Shown: one piece after another, positions 8,501 to 17,530 of the stretch
How the letters are laid out: each line of letters opens with the position of its first letter
Position numbering within the stretch: the stretch's first letter is position 1
DNA from: a virus
Lineage: Duplodnaviria; Caudoviricetes
Length of the DNA: 24,189 nt
Reading direction: 5' to 3' (one strand)
IMG/VR virus record: IMGVR_UViG_3300006917_000151
Location: 1-24,189 of that record
Notes under the pieces: generated by a model
Seen by the model: the letters and a program-made list of their open reading frames with translations, nothing else
What the model was told of the DNA's origin: nothing
The model's database searches: none
Position numbers and translations under genes: made by a program

Positions 8501-9775
8501 CGTGGAACACAGCTCACCGTTGGTGGTGGAACAAACACCGATGCGACGTTTGCGGTCAACGGAAACTCGCACATCGCCCCCGGCTCTAGCTTCGTCTACT
8601 GGGGAGGCACAACAGGTAATGTCAACTCGTGGTCGTCACGAGAGTACTCCAGCGGCGGCATTCATTCGCTTAACGCGAGCCGTTGGATTCTAGACCGCGT
8701 TGGGTACGGAAGTCAGCCGCTTATTGATGCACAGCTTGGCAATATCACGCTCGGGCAATACACGACGATTGAGAGTGGCGCGAGGGTCAACGGAGGCATT
8801 CGCCAAGGCAACAATATGGCGCGACCGCTGGCTGAGTGGAGCGCCAGTGGCGACTCAAGCGGGATGGTCATTTTCTACCTACCGGGTGGCTCCGGCAACT
8901 ACGGTATGGTGCATATGGTATTCGATATTTACGAATACACTAGCAACACTGTTTCTACGGTAATCGTTGGTGGACACAACTGGGGAAGTTCGTGGTACAA
9001 CGTTGGCGCTAACGTCATTGGTTCGACGAACAAATCTGTTCGCCTAGGCTTTAAGAACGGCCAATATTGCGTTGTGTTCGGTGGTGCTGGGTCAACGTGG
9101 ACGTATGGCACTGTCGTGCTTCGCAAGATTCACAACGCGAGTTTCTACAACAACATTATGGATATGGGTGGTTCGTTTACAACCACTCAAACGACAACGG
9201 AATCGTTCAGCTCGGTGACTGGCGACCTCCGTAACTTGTCTAGTCCCGTTGATATTACTGCCGGTGGTGCCGTTTACGCATCTAATTGGTTTCGGTCTTA
9301 CGGTGCGACTGGTTGGTACAACCAGACGTATGGCGGCGGCATCTGGATGCAGGATTCTACTTGGGTGCGCGTGTATGGCACCAAGGACTTTTACGCGACG
9401 GCGGCTATTGCGGCGGTTGGCAACATCACGGCGTACTACTCGGACGAGCGGCTTAAGACCAAGGTTGGCGACATTGACAACGCGCTCGCCAAGGTGCGGA
9501 AGCTCTCTGGGTTCCTGTACGTTGAGAACGAACTGGCCCGAAAGGTCGGTTATAAAAACACCAAGCAACAGGTCGGTGTTTCGGCTCAACGGGTTCGTGA
9601 GGTATTGCCAGAGGCCGTGTCGCTTGCCCCGTTTGACATTGAGACTGACAGCGAAACTGGCGAGTTGTCGTCGAAGTCTGGCGAGGAATACTTGACGGTG
9701 GATTACTCGCGCCTTGTGCCGTTGCTGATTGAGGCCGTCAAGGAGCTTGCCGATATGGTGGAGGGGCGGCACTGA
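5525..9775 (+). CDS. Collagen-like virion fibre with C-terminal intramolecular chaperone (peptidase S74)
   Basis: 1416 aa. 94 uninterrupted Gly-X-Y triplets, then beta-rich fibre repeats ([25 protein letters not shown]), then YSDERLK...GVSAQ...VLPEAV...[17 protein letters not shown]. Confidence 0.92.
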   Translation: MTIDPSGKRYIDKLIGEIAGGPTGPTGPSGVPGIMGLPGAQGPSGPSGPSGPSGAPGVMGLPGSSGPTGPTGATGPTGPSGVPGIMGLPGVSGPTGPTGPTGSTGPTGASGVPGIMGLPGVSGPTGPTGATGSTGPTGPTGASGVPGIMGLPGSSGPSGPSGPTGATGPSGPSGPSGPTGPTGATGPTGPSGVPGIMGLPGSSGPSGPSGLTGPTGATGATGVTGPTGPSGATGPAGPSGPTGPSGVPGVMGLPGPSGLSGASGPSGPSGPSGPTGPSGPIGPSGPSGPSGPSGPSGPAGTSPWLLSGSDTYYTAGSATVGRTPVAGWNLFVRGAGATNATYAFGAENSSQTALFTVRNDGAVNVSNGLFTASAGIAIGSGYNATLVAGDVALVSNAGYGIVSADTTRAIAITNAGTTINDGLTVTTAGSSNTIVTNSAGYVGIGVVPSSYRLEVNGTIYTSSGGVRFPDGTTQTTAFTGTASVDANSLTGTTLASNVVNSSLTLVGTLTGLTVSGATPTFNTVNSTGTLTLGSTAAVSQEQRFRLINSNVTSGVELVLNAGGTAWGLYDRTASKWAMSITRGATDASNFPGSVSVTGALSTSSTLSASSTLQVSSYAAIGGSLSANAQLYVRGTMVGVGTNQYGVLAQMTFPVAATSGMYGIYVATTGAAGTYTTSDAIGINIQPHTLGAGQTVTNAYGLLLATSSYAATTKYGIAIGSVTGGSTNYAIYTNTGLVRFGDAVTMTGDLTVDTSTLKVDSANNRVGVGTASPAQTLDVSGSVNVRSASPTVFFDRNGSYTWRIANGDGTTYPLSSFNIANNAGTAAITITAANVVSIGGNTALHAGNYNSYAPTLTGGGASGTWGISVTGSASSASSASSATFADSGAVFDTRGSVTGPQTGGKRVRFDFLANSTDGLNDGGSYHGVMTFQQWGDASGGGTRQLGFTDNDNLWIRGSGSGLTSYNSWKLLLNSSNYSSYALPLSGGVLTGAVRGTQLTVGGGTNTDATFAVNGNSHIAPGSSFVYWGGTTGNVNSWSSREYSSGGIHSLNASRWILDRVGYGSQPLIDAQLGNITLGQYTTIESGARVNGGIRQGNNMARPLAEWSASGDSSGMVIFYLPGGSGNYGMVHMVFDIYEYTSNTVSTVIVGGHNWGSSWYNVGANVIGSTNKSVRLGFKNGQYCVVFGGAGSTWTYGTVVLRKIHNASFYNNIMDMGGSFTTTQTTTESFSSVTGDLRNLSSPVDITAGGAVYASNWFRSYGATGWYNQTYGGGIWMQDSTWVRVYGTKDFYATAAIAAVGNITAYYSDERLKTKVGDIDNALAKVRKLSGFLYVENELARKVGYKNTKQQVGVSAQRVREVLPEAVSLAPFDIETDSETGELSSKSGEEYLTVDYSRLVPLLIEAVKELADMVEGRH
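5585..6430 (+). repeat. Collagen Gly-X-Y repeat, 94 triplets, with 7 copies of G[VA]P-G[IV]M-GLP
   Basis: Counted by hand from the translation. The DNA copies differ at synonymous positions. Confidence 0.97.
8135..8167 (+). repeat. Perfect 9-bp tandem repeat (TCTGCCTCG) x ~3.7 encoding [11 protein letters not shown]
   Basis: Read directly from the sequence; frame-preserving. Confidence 0.9.
9440..9772 (+). other. Peptidase S74 / autocleaving intramolecular chaperone domain
   Basis: SDERLK Ser-Lys dyad motif, GVSAQ and terminal coiled-coil LLIEAVKEL. Confidence 0.9.
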
Positions 9776-10290
9776 TGGCGCTCCCAGCTTCAGGCACTAT
9801 TTCCATTAACTCGATTCGTGTCGAGCTTGGTGTGCCATCTGCTACCAACCTGTCAATGATTGATTTGGCGACTGGCGCGGTGGTCGCAATTAATCAATGG
9901 TCGGCGTCTCGCCCATCGACGAGTGCGCCGTACTTGATGTCGGCGTGGTACAACTACAACCACTCGGCGGCGGCTCCGGGCGTCAGCAACTTTTCGGTCA
10001 TTGCGACAACCGACCCGATATACGGCGGGGTGTATATAACGTGGTCGTATTCCAGCGGCACAAGCCTCAATGTGGACACCACCTACGTTGACTTCAGCTT
10101 CAACTATGGGTCAACGTGGACGCAGTGGTATAGTTTCAGCGGTACCGGCACGACCTCGATCAGCGATTCGGTCGAAGGTCAGCCGGGGTTCAGCACCCTT
10201 GACACGACGTATTTTCGGTTGCGAGCCTACGCAAATGGCAACCAAGTTCCTTCCTCTCCGTTGTACGCTTACCCACCCTTCCCGTACTGA
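9775..10290 (+). CDS. Putative fibre-tip adhesin (small helical N-terminal module plus FN3/Ig-like domain)
   Basis: TGATG coupling to the fibre gene. N-terminus [19 protein letters not shown]...PYLMSAWYNY. C-terminus has an FN3-like pattern (ITWSYS...YVDFS...TYFRLRAY) rich in aromatic residues. Confidence 0.6.
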   Translation: MALPASGTISINSIRVELGVPSATNLSMIDLATGAVVAINQWSASRPSTSAPYLMSAWYNYNHSAAAPGVSNFSVIATTDPIYGGVYITWSYSSGTSLNVDTTYVDFSFNYGSTWTQWYSFSGTGTTSISDSVEGQPGFSTLDTTYFRLRAYANGNQVPSSPLYAYPPFPY

Positions 10291-10293
10291 CCA

Positions 10294-10668
10294 ATGGCGA
10301 CCGTTTACACCACCGCAATCAACTCCTGCCGCGTGACCGATCAGGGCGACCTGACCGACGTGGTAAAGGAGGTTAACTGCACGATCACCGGCACCGATGA
10401 TGTTGCGACCTCTTGCACATTTAGCCTGCCGATTATGGTGACCTTTGGCCCGGCGGACCCGGCCTCGTTCACCCCATTTGCCGACATTACCGAGGCCGAG
10501 ATGATCGCGTGGATCGCGGCCCAGACCGACCAGATTTCGTCGGTGCAGGCGCACATCGACTTTGTGGTGCAGAAGGAGGTGGCGCTGGCGGCTCTGACGC
10601 CGCTTCCCCTGCCGTGGGCTCCGCCGACTCCTCCGCCGGTTCCGCCCTCGCCGGAAACCCCGGCGTAA
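10294..10668 (+). CDS. Tail-fibre-associated hypothetical protein
   Basis: LTDVVKEV...FTPFADITEAEMIAWI...LPW pattern, seen in genes next to fibre genes. Acidic with a Pro-rich tail. Confidence 0.7.
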   Translation: MATVYTTAINSCRVTDQGDLTDVVKEVNCTITGTDDVATSCTFSLPIMVTFGPADPASFTPFADITEAEMIAWIAAQTDQISSVQAHIDFVVQKEVALAALTPLPLPWAPPTPPPVPPSPETPA

Positions 10669-10713
10669 CCTATATTGCAGTCGTAGTCAACCCCAACCCC
10701 ACAGGAGTGTGTT

Positions 10714-10854
10714 GTGAATTATCTGATTCCGCAGGAGCTTCTGACCGGCGTCCTCCAGTACCTCGCGGCCCGGCCCTACGCCGAGGTGGCACAGGCGATC
10801 GAGGCGCTTCGGCAGCTTCAGCCCGCTGAGAAGCCGGAACTCACCAAGGAGTAA
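10714..10854 (+). CDS. Small helical protein, 46 aa (MNYLIPQELLTGVLQYLAARPYAEVAQAIEALRQLQPAEKPELTKE); not in ORF track
   Basis: AGGAG RBS at 10703-10707, GTG start at 10714, TAA at 10852-10854. Good codon usage and an LxxRPYxEV motif. Confidence 0.8.
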   Translation: MNYLIPQELLTGVLQYLAARPYAEVAQAIEALRQLQPAEKPELTKE

Positions 10855-10857
10855 GCT

Positions 10858-11823
10858 ATGGCGCGGTTCTACATGACGTTCGACAATAGCACGAACGCGA
10901 CGCTGGAGGGAACCGGGACGGCGAATTGCTTTGACCGGTTGGCATACCCGACCAGCCCGAGCAACCCCGGCCCCGGCCTGCGAACGGCGCTGTTGAACGC
11001 CCGGACCGCGCTTTCGGGTCAGTTTTACGCGCAGATTTCCGCCAGCAATCAGAATGGGTCGCTGGGTATTGTGGTCCCGACTGACGGCTACACGATTTCT
11101 GGCGGCAATATCACGAACAGCGCGTTGGCAACCGCTGGGTTGTACACGAACACTGAGGCAGTATACAACTCAGACCTTCGTGACCGCCCGCAGCCGCCAA
11201 TTACCGTGGCAAACTCGACTGGCGTATCTCCAGCCGATCCGTGGACGATCGCCGAATCGTATTACACGGCCTGTGACACGGCGTTTCAGAATGCGATGTC
11301 TCCGGTGCTTGGGTACCAGAGTCAGGGTACTGGCGGTGTGTACGGACGGATCAACTCCACAACGTCTCCGGTGTACAGCAAGTCGCTTCTCCTGCAGTCT
11401 CTCTGGCACGATCAGGAGATGACGTATTTCGCATGGGACGACTATACGCCGGGTCGTCCCACTAGCATTGCGGTGAATGTCAGCACCACGCTAGTCATCG
11501 TAACGGGCATCAACAATTACGAGTTTAGCATGGACCGCAATGCGTCGATTACGGTGTCGTTCGCCGGGCGCATTTTCAAGGGTGCAACTCCGTATTCGGT
11601 GAGTGGATCGCAGACCTTCGCTGCTGGCACCACGCAGGCGCAGATCGCGCACAACCTCACCGGCGTGCAGGTTGGCGATACATGGGATCAGTTCGACGTC
11701 ACGGCCTATTACACGCTGACCAATCAGGGTGTGTATCCGACGGCCCTTGGTTCAGGCGCGATTACGGTGTCTGGCCGTAACCAGTCGCTGACCAACCAGA
11801 GCGGTACGGTCAACAGCGTCTAA
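10858..11823 (+). CDS. Hypothetical protein, probably virion-associated (T/S/N/G-rich, beta-sandwich-like C-terminus)
   Basis: AAGGAG RBS, 321 aa, TAATG coupling to the next gene. No family recognised. Confidence 0.7.
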   Translation: MARFYMTFDNSTNATLEGTGTANCFDRLAYPTSPSNPGPGLRTALLNARTALSGQFYAQISASNQNGSLGIVVPTDGYTISGGNITNSALATAGLYTNTEAVYNSDLRDRPQPPITVANSTGVSPADPWTIAESYYTACDTAFQNAMSPVLGYQSQGTGGVYGRINSTTSPVYSKSLLLQSLWHDQEMTYFAWDDYTPGRPTSIAVNVSTTLVIVTGINNYEFSMDRNASITVSFAGRIFKGATPYSVSGSQTFAAGTTQAQIAHNLTGVQVGDTWDQFDVTAYYTLTNQGVYPTALGSGAITVSGRNQSLTNQSGTVNSV

Positions 11824-12908
11824 TGCGACTCCACCTTCTTGGCCTTCCGCATACGGTCACCACAGACGAGTTCTCGCACTGTGCGTTTACGGGCAAGGTC
11901 AAGAAGTTTAGCCCCATGATGCGCCCGCTCGGTTATGAGCTGGTGCATTATGGGGTTGAGGGGGCGCAGAGCGGAGCCAACGAACAGATCGACCTGATGT
12001 CTCGAGAAGAGCAGTATGCCCTTCTCGGGCATCGGTATGATGATAAATCGCGGTTTCATGAAGCTGGCCTGAGTATGCACGCGCCAGTATTCGTAGAGTT
12101 CAATCGACGACTTCGGGAACGCCTCGAGGCGGAGGTTCGCCCCGGCGAGATCGTCCTGAATACCTACGGATATGGCCATCATGACGGCGTGCAGACCCAT
12201 GCTGGCGTCAACATCGAATCAGGCATCGGGTACCCGGACTGCTATCTGCCGTTCCGGGTATACGACTCGTATGCGTGGCAAGCCTTCCAGCAGGGCAAGC
12301 ATGGGTGGCACGGATCGGCGTACGAATGGGTGGTGCCCAACTATTTCGATGTCAGTGAGTGGCCGCTGCAGACCACTCCGCAGGGATATGTCTTGTACTT
12401 CGGCAGGATTTGCGAGGTTAAGGGCTGTCGCGTAGTCAGCGAAATGGCGCGACATATGCCTGACACGGAGTTTGTGCTGTGCGGACAAGGCGATCCCACG
12501 CCGTACCTGACGAGCCCGAACATAAGGTATCTGGAGCCCGTGCATGGCCGAGTCCGCGCGGAGGTACTCGGCAACGCATCGGTGGTGCTTATGCCCACGC
12601 AATACATCGAGCCCTTTGGCAAGGTTGCCATCGAGGCCATGCTTTGCGGGACGCCGGTGCTTGCGTCGGACCACGGTGCATTTATTGAGACCATCACACC
12701 CGGCGTCACTGGTTATCGCTGCCGGGTATTGCATGACTGGATCAGTGGCGTTGCCCTCGCCCAGCGGCTAAACCGTCCTGCTATTGCTGCGCATGCGGCG
12801 TCGCGATACAGCTTCGATGTTGTGGCCAAGCAATACGATGCTGTGTTCCAGCAGCTGGACGGGCTGCACTCTGGCAAACATTGGTACACCTACCCGAGCA
12901 CGATATGA
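11823..12908 (+). CDS. Glycosyltransferase, GT-B fold, GT4-like
   Basis: VVPNYFD, YVLYFGRICEVKG, and EPFGKVAIEAMLCGTPVLASDHGAFIE (EX7E signature). Confidence 0.93.
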   Translation: MRLHLLGLPHTVTTDEFSHCAFTGKVKKFSPMMRPLGYELVHYGVEGAQSGANEQIDLMSREEQYALLGHRYDDKSRFHEAGLSMHAPVFVEFNRRLRERLEAEVRPGEIVLNTYGYGHHDGVQTHAGVNIESGIGYPDCYLPFRVYDSYAWQAFQQGKHGWHGSAYEWVVPNYFDVSEWPLQTTPQGYVLYFGRICEVKGCRVVSEMARHMPDTEFVLCGQGDPTPYLTSPNIRYLEPVHGRVRAEVLGNASVVLMPTQYIEPFGKVAIEAMLCGTPVLASDHGAFIETITPGVTGYRCRVLHDWISGVALAQRLNRPAIAAHAASRYSFDVVAKQYDAVFQQLDGLHSGKHWYTYPSTI

Positions 12909-15307
12909 AAACAGCTCAACGATCATTTGCGTCTGGCGAGGTTGCTCCTGCGCTATATGCTCGCACGGATACTCAGCGGTATGCAACCGGTCTCCGGACG
13001 CTGCGCAATGCGTATGTCATGCGAACGGGCGGTCTTCAGTCTCGGCCGGGCACGATTTACAAAGGCACGACCAAGTCGAACGGACAGGTGCGACTGGTGG
13101 CGTGTGTGTTTGCCGACGACCAGAACTATGTGCTGGAGTTCGGCAATCTGTACGTCCGGTTCTGGAAGGACGGCAACTCGGTAACCGCCACGGTGACTGG
13201 CGCGTGGGCCGACGCGACCGCGTACGCGGCTGGGATTGTCGTCAGCTATTCTGGGACGAACTATGTCAGCCTGCAGGCGCACACGTCCGCGACGGCCACC
13301 AACCGGCCGAGCACCGGCAGCGCGTGGACGGACTACTGGGCTGCCTTGGCCAACACGACGTACGAGCTGCCGACGGGATATACGCTCGCGCAACTCAATG
13401 ATCTGCAGTTTGCGCAGGTGCCCGGCAAGCTGATCATCGTGCATCCTTCGCATCCCGCTGCGTCACTGACGCGCGTGGCGAATAATGTGTGGGATCTCGC
13501 GAACTTAAGCTATTCGGCATCCAGCGCGATCGGGACGCCAACCGGGTTTGCCTTGTATTACGAGGCTCCGCAGTGGTTTACGTCAGAGGCGTATGCGCTC
13601 AACGATGTTGTGAGCAACGATGGTGACGTATACCGCTGCATCTTGGGTCATACCTCGGCCGCTGGCAATGAGCCGGGAACCGGTGCAAGCTGGACGACCT
13701 ACTGGGCGCTCAAGCTGCCCAATGCTGGCGGAGGCTTCCAGTATGTGGTAACGGCGGTTGATGGCTACGGAACGGAGTCCGTCGCAACCTCGGCACTGGT
13801 CACCGATCAGGGACCAACGACTGGGGCGTGGGCTCCTGTGCATCTGTCGTGGAACTCGGTCGCCAGCGCCGTGACGTACAAGCTGTATCGCGGGACATCT
13901 TCGACAGATTATCGGCCGATCGCCAATGCAAACGCCTTGTCGTTTACTGATGCCGAGCAGACTAACGCGGCCTATATCGGATATGGCGGGCCTACGGTGG
14001 CGACGCCGATATTCGCGACAGAAAACAATTATCCGTCTACGGTGGCATTCCACCAGCAGCGTCTGATCCTGGGTGGAACGAATGCCGAGCCGGATGTGGT
14101 GCGTGCGTCGCGGACGGCCGATCCGTTCAACTTTACGATCAGCAGCCCCATTAAGGACGACGACGCAATTTCGTGGCGTCAGCTGGCGAACCGGTCAACC
14201 CGCGTCAATCACCTGCTCAACATCGCCAACAGCCTGATTGGGTTTACTAACGTCGGAGAGTTTGTGGTGACGGGGGGCGGCGATGGCATCTTGCGTCCCG
14301 GCGAAATCAATCCGACGGTTTTTAGCTATAACGGGGCCAGCTCCCTCGAGCCCCTTCCGCTGGATAGCACGGCGCTGTATGTGCAAGCCCGTGGGTCTAA
14401 GGTGCTGAGCCTGACCATCGGAGGACAGGCGGGAAGCCTTGGGGAAGACCTATCCTTGACGGCTGCGCATTTGATCGACGGGTACGTTATCTCCGGCTGG
14501 GCGTATCAGGAGATCCCGCACTCGGTGGTGTGGATGGTCCGCAACGATGGCACCCTGCTTTCCTTGGCGTACGTCCGGGAAATTGGCGTGACGGCATGGT
14601 CGCGCAATGACACGTCCGGCTCTTTCGAGTCCGTCTGCTGTGTTCCGGAAGGGGACGAGGACGCGGTGTATGTGGTCGTCAACCGGACTGTCAACGGATC
14701 AACGGTGAGGTATATCGAGCGGCTGGCCGATCGGCTGGCTTCCGTTCCGGTGCTCGTCGACTGCGGCAAGACCTACACCAGCCCCGGCTCCAATACCATC
14801 ACCGGCCTGAGCCACCTCAATGGGAGGCAGGTCAGCGTGGTCGCGGATGGGGTGGTCAAGGCCAGCCCGAATAACCCGGCGTATACCACAGTAACGGTCT
14901 CCAGTGGGCAGATCACGGTTGCCGGGCTAAGCACGGCGACGAACGTGCAGGTCGGACTGCCGTACACCGTTGACGTGGAGACGCTGGACATTGACCAAGG
15001 CCGTGGGTCAATTAAGAATGACAACATCCGGATCGGCGAGGTGTTCGTGTGGATCCAGAACAGCGGGTCGTTTTATATCGGACCCAAGGCGGTATCTGGG
15101 ACCGCACTGACCGGAATGGAGTTGTATACTCCGGTGAATGATGAGGCATACCCGTTACCTGCTGGCCAGACGTTCACCGGGGTGGCCCCGGTGACGTTGC
15201 AATCGACTTATACCAAGAATGGGCGTATATTCATTCGACAGCCTGATCCGGTACCCCTCACGGTTTTGGCCGTGATTCCGGAAGGCGTCATCAATGGGCG
15301 AGGGTGA
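12905..15307 (+). CDS. Tail nozzle / tail tubular protein B (T7 gp12-like) with two CBM5/12-like inserts
   Basis: True start is probably ATG 12905 (ATGA overlap). QRSFASGEVAP, YVLEFGNLYVRF, YPSTVAFHQQRL, WAYQEIPHSVVWMVRNDG, VRYIERL, VGLPY and QPDPVPLTVLAV motifs. Confidence 0.9.
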   Translation: MKTAQRSFASGEVAPALYARTDTQRYATGLRTLRNAYVMRTGGLQSRPGTIYKGTTKSNGQVRLVACVFADDQNYVLEFGNLYVRFWKDGNSVTATVTGAWADATAYAAGIVVSYSGTNYVSLQAHTSATATNRPSTGSAWTDYWAALANTTYELPTGYTLAQLNDLQFAQVPGKLIIVHPSHPAASLTRVANNVWDLANLSYSASSAIGTPTGFALYYEAPQWFTSEAYALNDVVSNDGDVYRCILGHTSAAGNEPGTGASWTTYWALKLPNAGGGFQYVVTAVDGYGTESVATSALVTDQGPTTGAWAPVHLSWNSVASAVTYKLYRGTSSTDYRPIANANALSFTDAEQTNAAYIGYGGPTVATPIFATENNYPSTVAFHQQRLILGGTNAEPDVVRASRTADPFNFTISSPIKDDDAISWRQLANRSTRVNHLLNIANSLIGFTNVGEFVVTGGGDGILRPGEINPTVFSYNGASSLEPLPLDSTALYVQARGSKVLSLTIGGQAGSLGEDLSLTAAHLIDGYVISGWAYQEIPHSVVWMVRNDGTLLSLAYVREIGVTAWSRNDTSGSFESVCCVPEGDEDAVYVVVNRTVNGSTVRYIERLADRLASVPVLVDCGKTYTSPGSNTITGLSHLNGRQVSVVADGVVKASPNNPAYTTVTVSSGQITVAGLSTATNVQVGLPYTVDVETLDIDQGRGSIKNDNIRIGEVFVWIQNSGSFYIGPKAVSGTALTGMELYTPVNDEAYPLPAGQTFTGVAPVTLQSTYTKNGRIFIRQPDPVPLTVLAVIPEGVINGRG

Positions 15308-15843
15308 CCATGGGTGCGTTAACGAATGCAGTGCTATTGACCTTGCAGGCTGGCTCGATGATTTCTCAGTCTCGGGCGCAGGCTCAGGCGGCTCGAGAAA
15401 ACCGTCGGTTTGCAGAGATGGCGGCGACGGACGTTGAGGCGCGTGGCCGCCAAGAGGTGAGCGCGTTTGAGCGGCAGCTCAGCCAGCTGCAGGGAAGCCA
15501 GCGTGTTGCCGGGGCCGCGCAGGGTCTGGATCTGACGCAGGGGACCATGGCCCAGATCGCCAGCCAGACGCAGGCAATCGGAGCGGAAGACGTCCGGCGA
15601 CTACAGGAAAATGTTCGGCGAGAGGCGTGGGGTATCCGCACGCAGGCCAATATCAATTACCGCGCTGGCATGGCGCAGGCGCAGTCAACCGGCCTTGAAG
15701 CGGCGGGAACGTTGCTTCGTGCCGGTAGGTCTGGGTGGGATTGGTATACGAATAGAAATCGGAACCCTTCGCTCGGACTCACTATTCCGTCTGGCGCAAC
15801 TGTAATGCGCGATCCGCTTAACACTCCCGCCGGGAGCGTCTAA
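15304..15843 (+). CDS. Internal virion (ejection) protein, T7 gp14-like
   Basis: A/Q/G-rich helical protein with GSQRVAGAAQGLDL. Position after the nozzle gene. Start is GTG 15304 or ATG 15310. Confidence 0.75.
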   Translation: MTMGALTNAVLLTLQAGSMISQSRAQAQAARENRRFAEMAATDVEARGRQEVSAFERQLSQLQGSQRVAGAAQGLDLTQGTMAQIASQTQAIGAEDVRRLQENVRREAWGIRTQANINYRAGMAQAQSTGLEAAGTLLRAGRSGWDWYTNRNRNPSLGLTIPSGATVMRDPLNTPAGSV

Positions 15844-17528
15844 TGCCACGCGTACCTACACTCGCAGGGCCATCGGTCCAGCTCAGGCCGTTGAATGTCC
15901 CTGAGACACAGGCAGCAGCTGAAGGAATGGGTCCAGCCATTGCTCTTGGTGCGGCCGCTCAGGCGCTTGGTGGCGTTGCCGAAATCGTGAGCCGGGCCGA
16001 CCGGGCAGTGGTGGAGAACGCCGAGGTCGGGTTTGCTCGAGAGGTTGACCAGCTGTTCACGAACGAGGCGCAGACTGGCTTCCTGCAGCAGCGCGGCGTC
16101 AATGCGCGTGATGCCTATCAGAAGCTGGGCGAGCAGTTCGATGCCGCTGAGCAGAAGGCGATGGAGCAACTGAACGGCAGGCAGCGGGCGATCTTCCGGG
16201 AGACGGCCTCGAAGTCGCGTGTCATTGCCATGCGCCGGGCCGACGACTACCTGAACCGGGAGCTCGAGGCGCTCGAAGACGCTAACTCTAGGGCGCTTAC
16301 GGCGACGACGTTGTCGCGTATTACGCTGGACGCTGCCAACCCCGCATCGGTCGACGGGTATATGACCGAACTTCGGGAGCGCGCCATGCGTGACGCAACA
16401 CGGGCCGGGCTCGATACGACGGCTCGCGATGCATTGGTGGCTGAGGCAGTGAGCACTGGGCGATTTACGCACATCCGCGCACTGGCCAACAACGACCGCA
16501 TTGATGAAGCGGCGGCGATGTTTGAACGGTACAAGGGCGAGATCACCGATCCGCAGCAGCGCGAGCAAGCGCAGAACCTGATTGAGCAGGAGACGCTTCG
16601 GGTTCGTGCGCAGCGAGAGGCTGACAACATCATTGCCACCGCTGGCCCAGATCGCCGCAAGGCATTGACTGCCGCCCGTGATCTGACCGGCACACTGCGG
16701 GATAACGTCGAGCAGCGCGTCGAGGCGTACTACAGGCAGCAGGACCAGCTCCGCAAGGAAGAGCAGGAAGCGTCCGTCAATGCCGTGTCTGCCCAGCTCG
16801 AGCAGACCGGCAGCCTCAACTTCCTGCGTGGCGAGCAGCTGCAGGCAATGCGCCAGATTCCGGGTGCAATGCAGGCGCTGCAGGCCCGTGAGCGCCAGTT
16901 GCAAGGCGGGGGCGAGGCGGAGACGAATTGGGATGTCTATGCCGAACTAATGGCATTGAGCCCAGAGCAGCTGCGCAATCCACAGTTTCATCCGTCCATT
17001 GTTCGGTCTGCGCTCGGCGACACTGAGTTCAAGCAGTATGTCAGCATTTGGTCAAAAGCTAAAAACGGCGACAACGATGGCGCACGTTTTGCAAATCAGA
17101 CAATCACCTCCGTTGATAATTTGATTTTGCAGGAAGGTGCAAACATGCGGTTGTTTGGTCCTAAGGCATTGCGCGGGCGTGTCGATCAGCTTGAACGTGA
17201 CGATCGCGTGTTATTTGGAACGATCAAAATTGACGTAGCTCGTGCAATCGAAGAGCGCGAATCTGAACTTCGTCGGCCATTGTCTGCTTCGGAGCGACGT
17301 ACCGTGGTATTCAATGAGCTTGCCCAACGCAAACTTGCAGAAACAGAACCCCCTGTGCCGATGACAACCATACAGGCGCGTGGGACAGCTGTTGGGTGGG
17401 CCACATATATCCAGCAGCTCGGCGGCGAGGTCACAGATGACAAGATTCTTGCGCTTATGAATGCGGACAGACTGTATGTGGGAGACGAAAAGCGTCGTCA
17501 ACTTGAACGCATCGCCAGAGGCCGATAA
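15843..17528 (+). CDS. Internal virion (ejection) protein, gp15-like position
   Basis: MPRVPT start, all-helical A/E/Q/R-rich composition, TAATG coupling to the upstream gene. Confidence 0.75.
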   Translation: MPRVPTLAGPSVQLRPLNVPETQAAAEGMGPAIALGAAAQALGGVAEIVSRADRAVVENAEVGFAREVDQLFTNEAQTGFLQQRGVNARDAYQKLGEQFDAAEQKAMEQLNGRQRAIFRETASKSRVIAMRRADDYLNRELEALEDANSRALTATTLSRITLDAANPASVDGYMTELRERAMRDATRAGLDTTARDALVAEAVSTGRFTHIRALANNDRIDEAAAMFERYKGEITDPQQREQAQNLIEQETLRVRAQREADNIIATAGPDRRKALTAARDLTGTLRDNVEQRVEAYYRQQDQLRKEEQEASVNAVSAQLEQTGSLNFLRGEQLQAMRQIPGAMQALQARERQLQGGGEAETNWDVYAELMALSPEQLRNPQFHPSIVRSALGDTEFKQYVSIWSKAKNGDNDGARFANQTITSVDNLILQEGANMRLFGPKALRGRVDQLERDDRVLFGTIKIDVARAIEERESELRRPLSASERRTVVFNELAQRKLAETEPPVPMTTIQARGTAVGWATYIQQLGGEVTDDKILALMNADRLYVGDEKRRQLERIARGR

Positions 17529-17530
17529 GC

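Noticed and set aside
10509-10829. 106-aa plus-strand ORF in the track
   Set aside because: Overlaps the 10294 gene out of frame and has non-protein-like composition. The 46-aa ORF at 10714-10854 with a clear RBS fits better.
5525-11823. BPP-1-like diversity-generating retroelement
   Set aside because: No reverse transcriptase and no adenine-variable TR/VR repeat pair seen in this window. It could lie elsewhere in the genome.
12881-12904. Track start of the nozzle gene at 12881
   Set aside because: ATG 12905 gives an ATGA overlap with the GT stop and places the QRSFASGE motif at the N-terminus as expected.
15304-17528. Virion-associated lytic transglycosylase/lysozyme domain in internal virion proteins
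   Set aside because: No catalytic motif recognised in these ORFs. It may be in the truncated part of the giant gene or absent.
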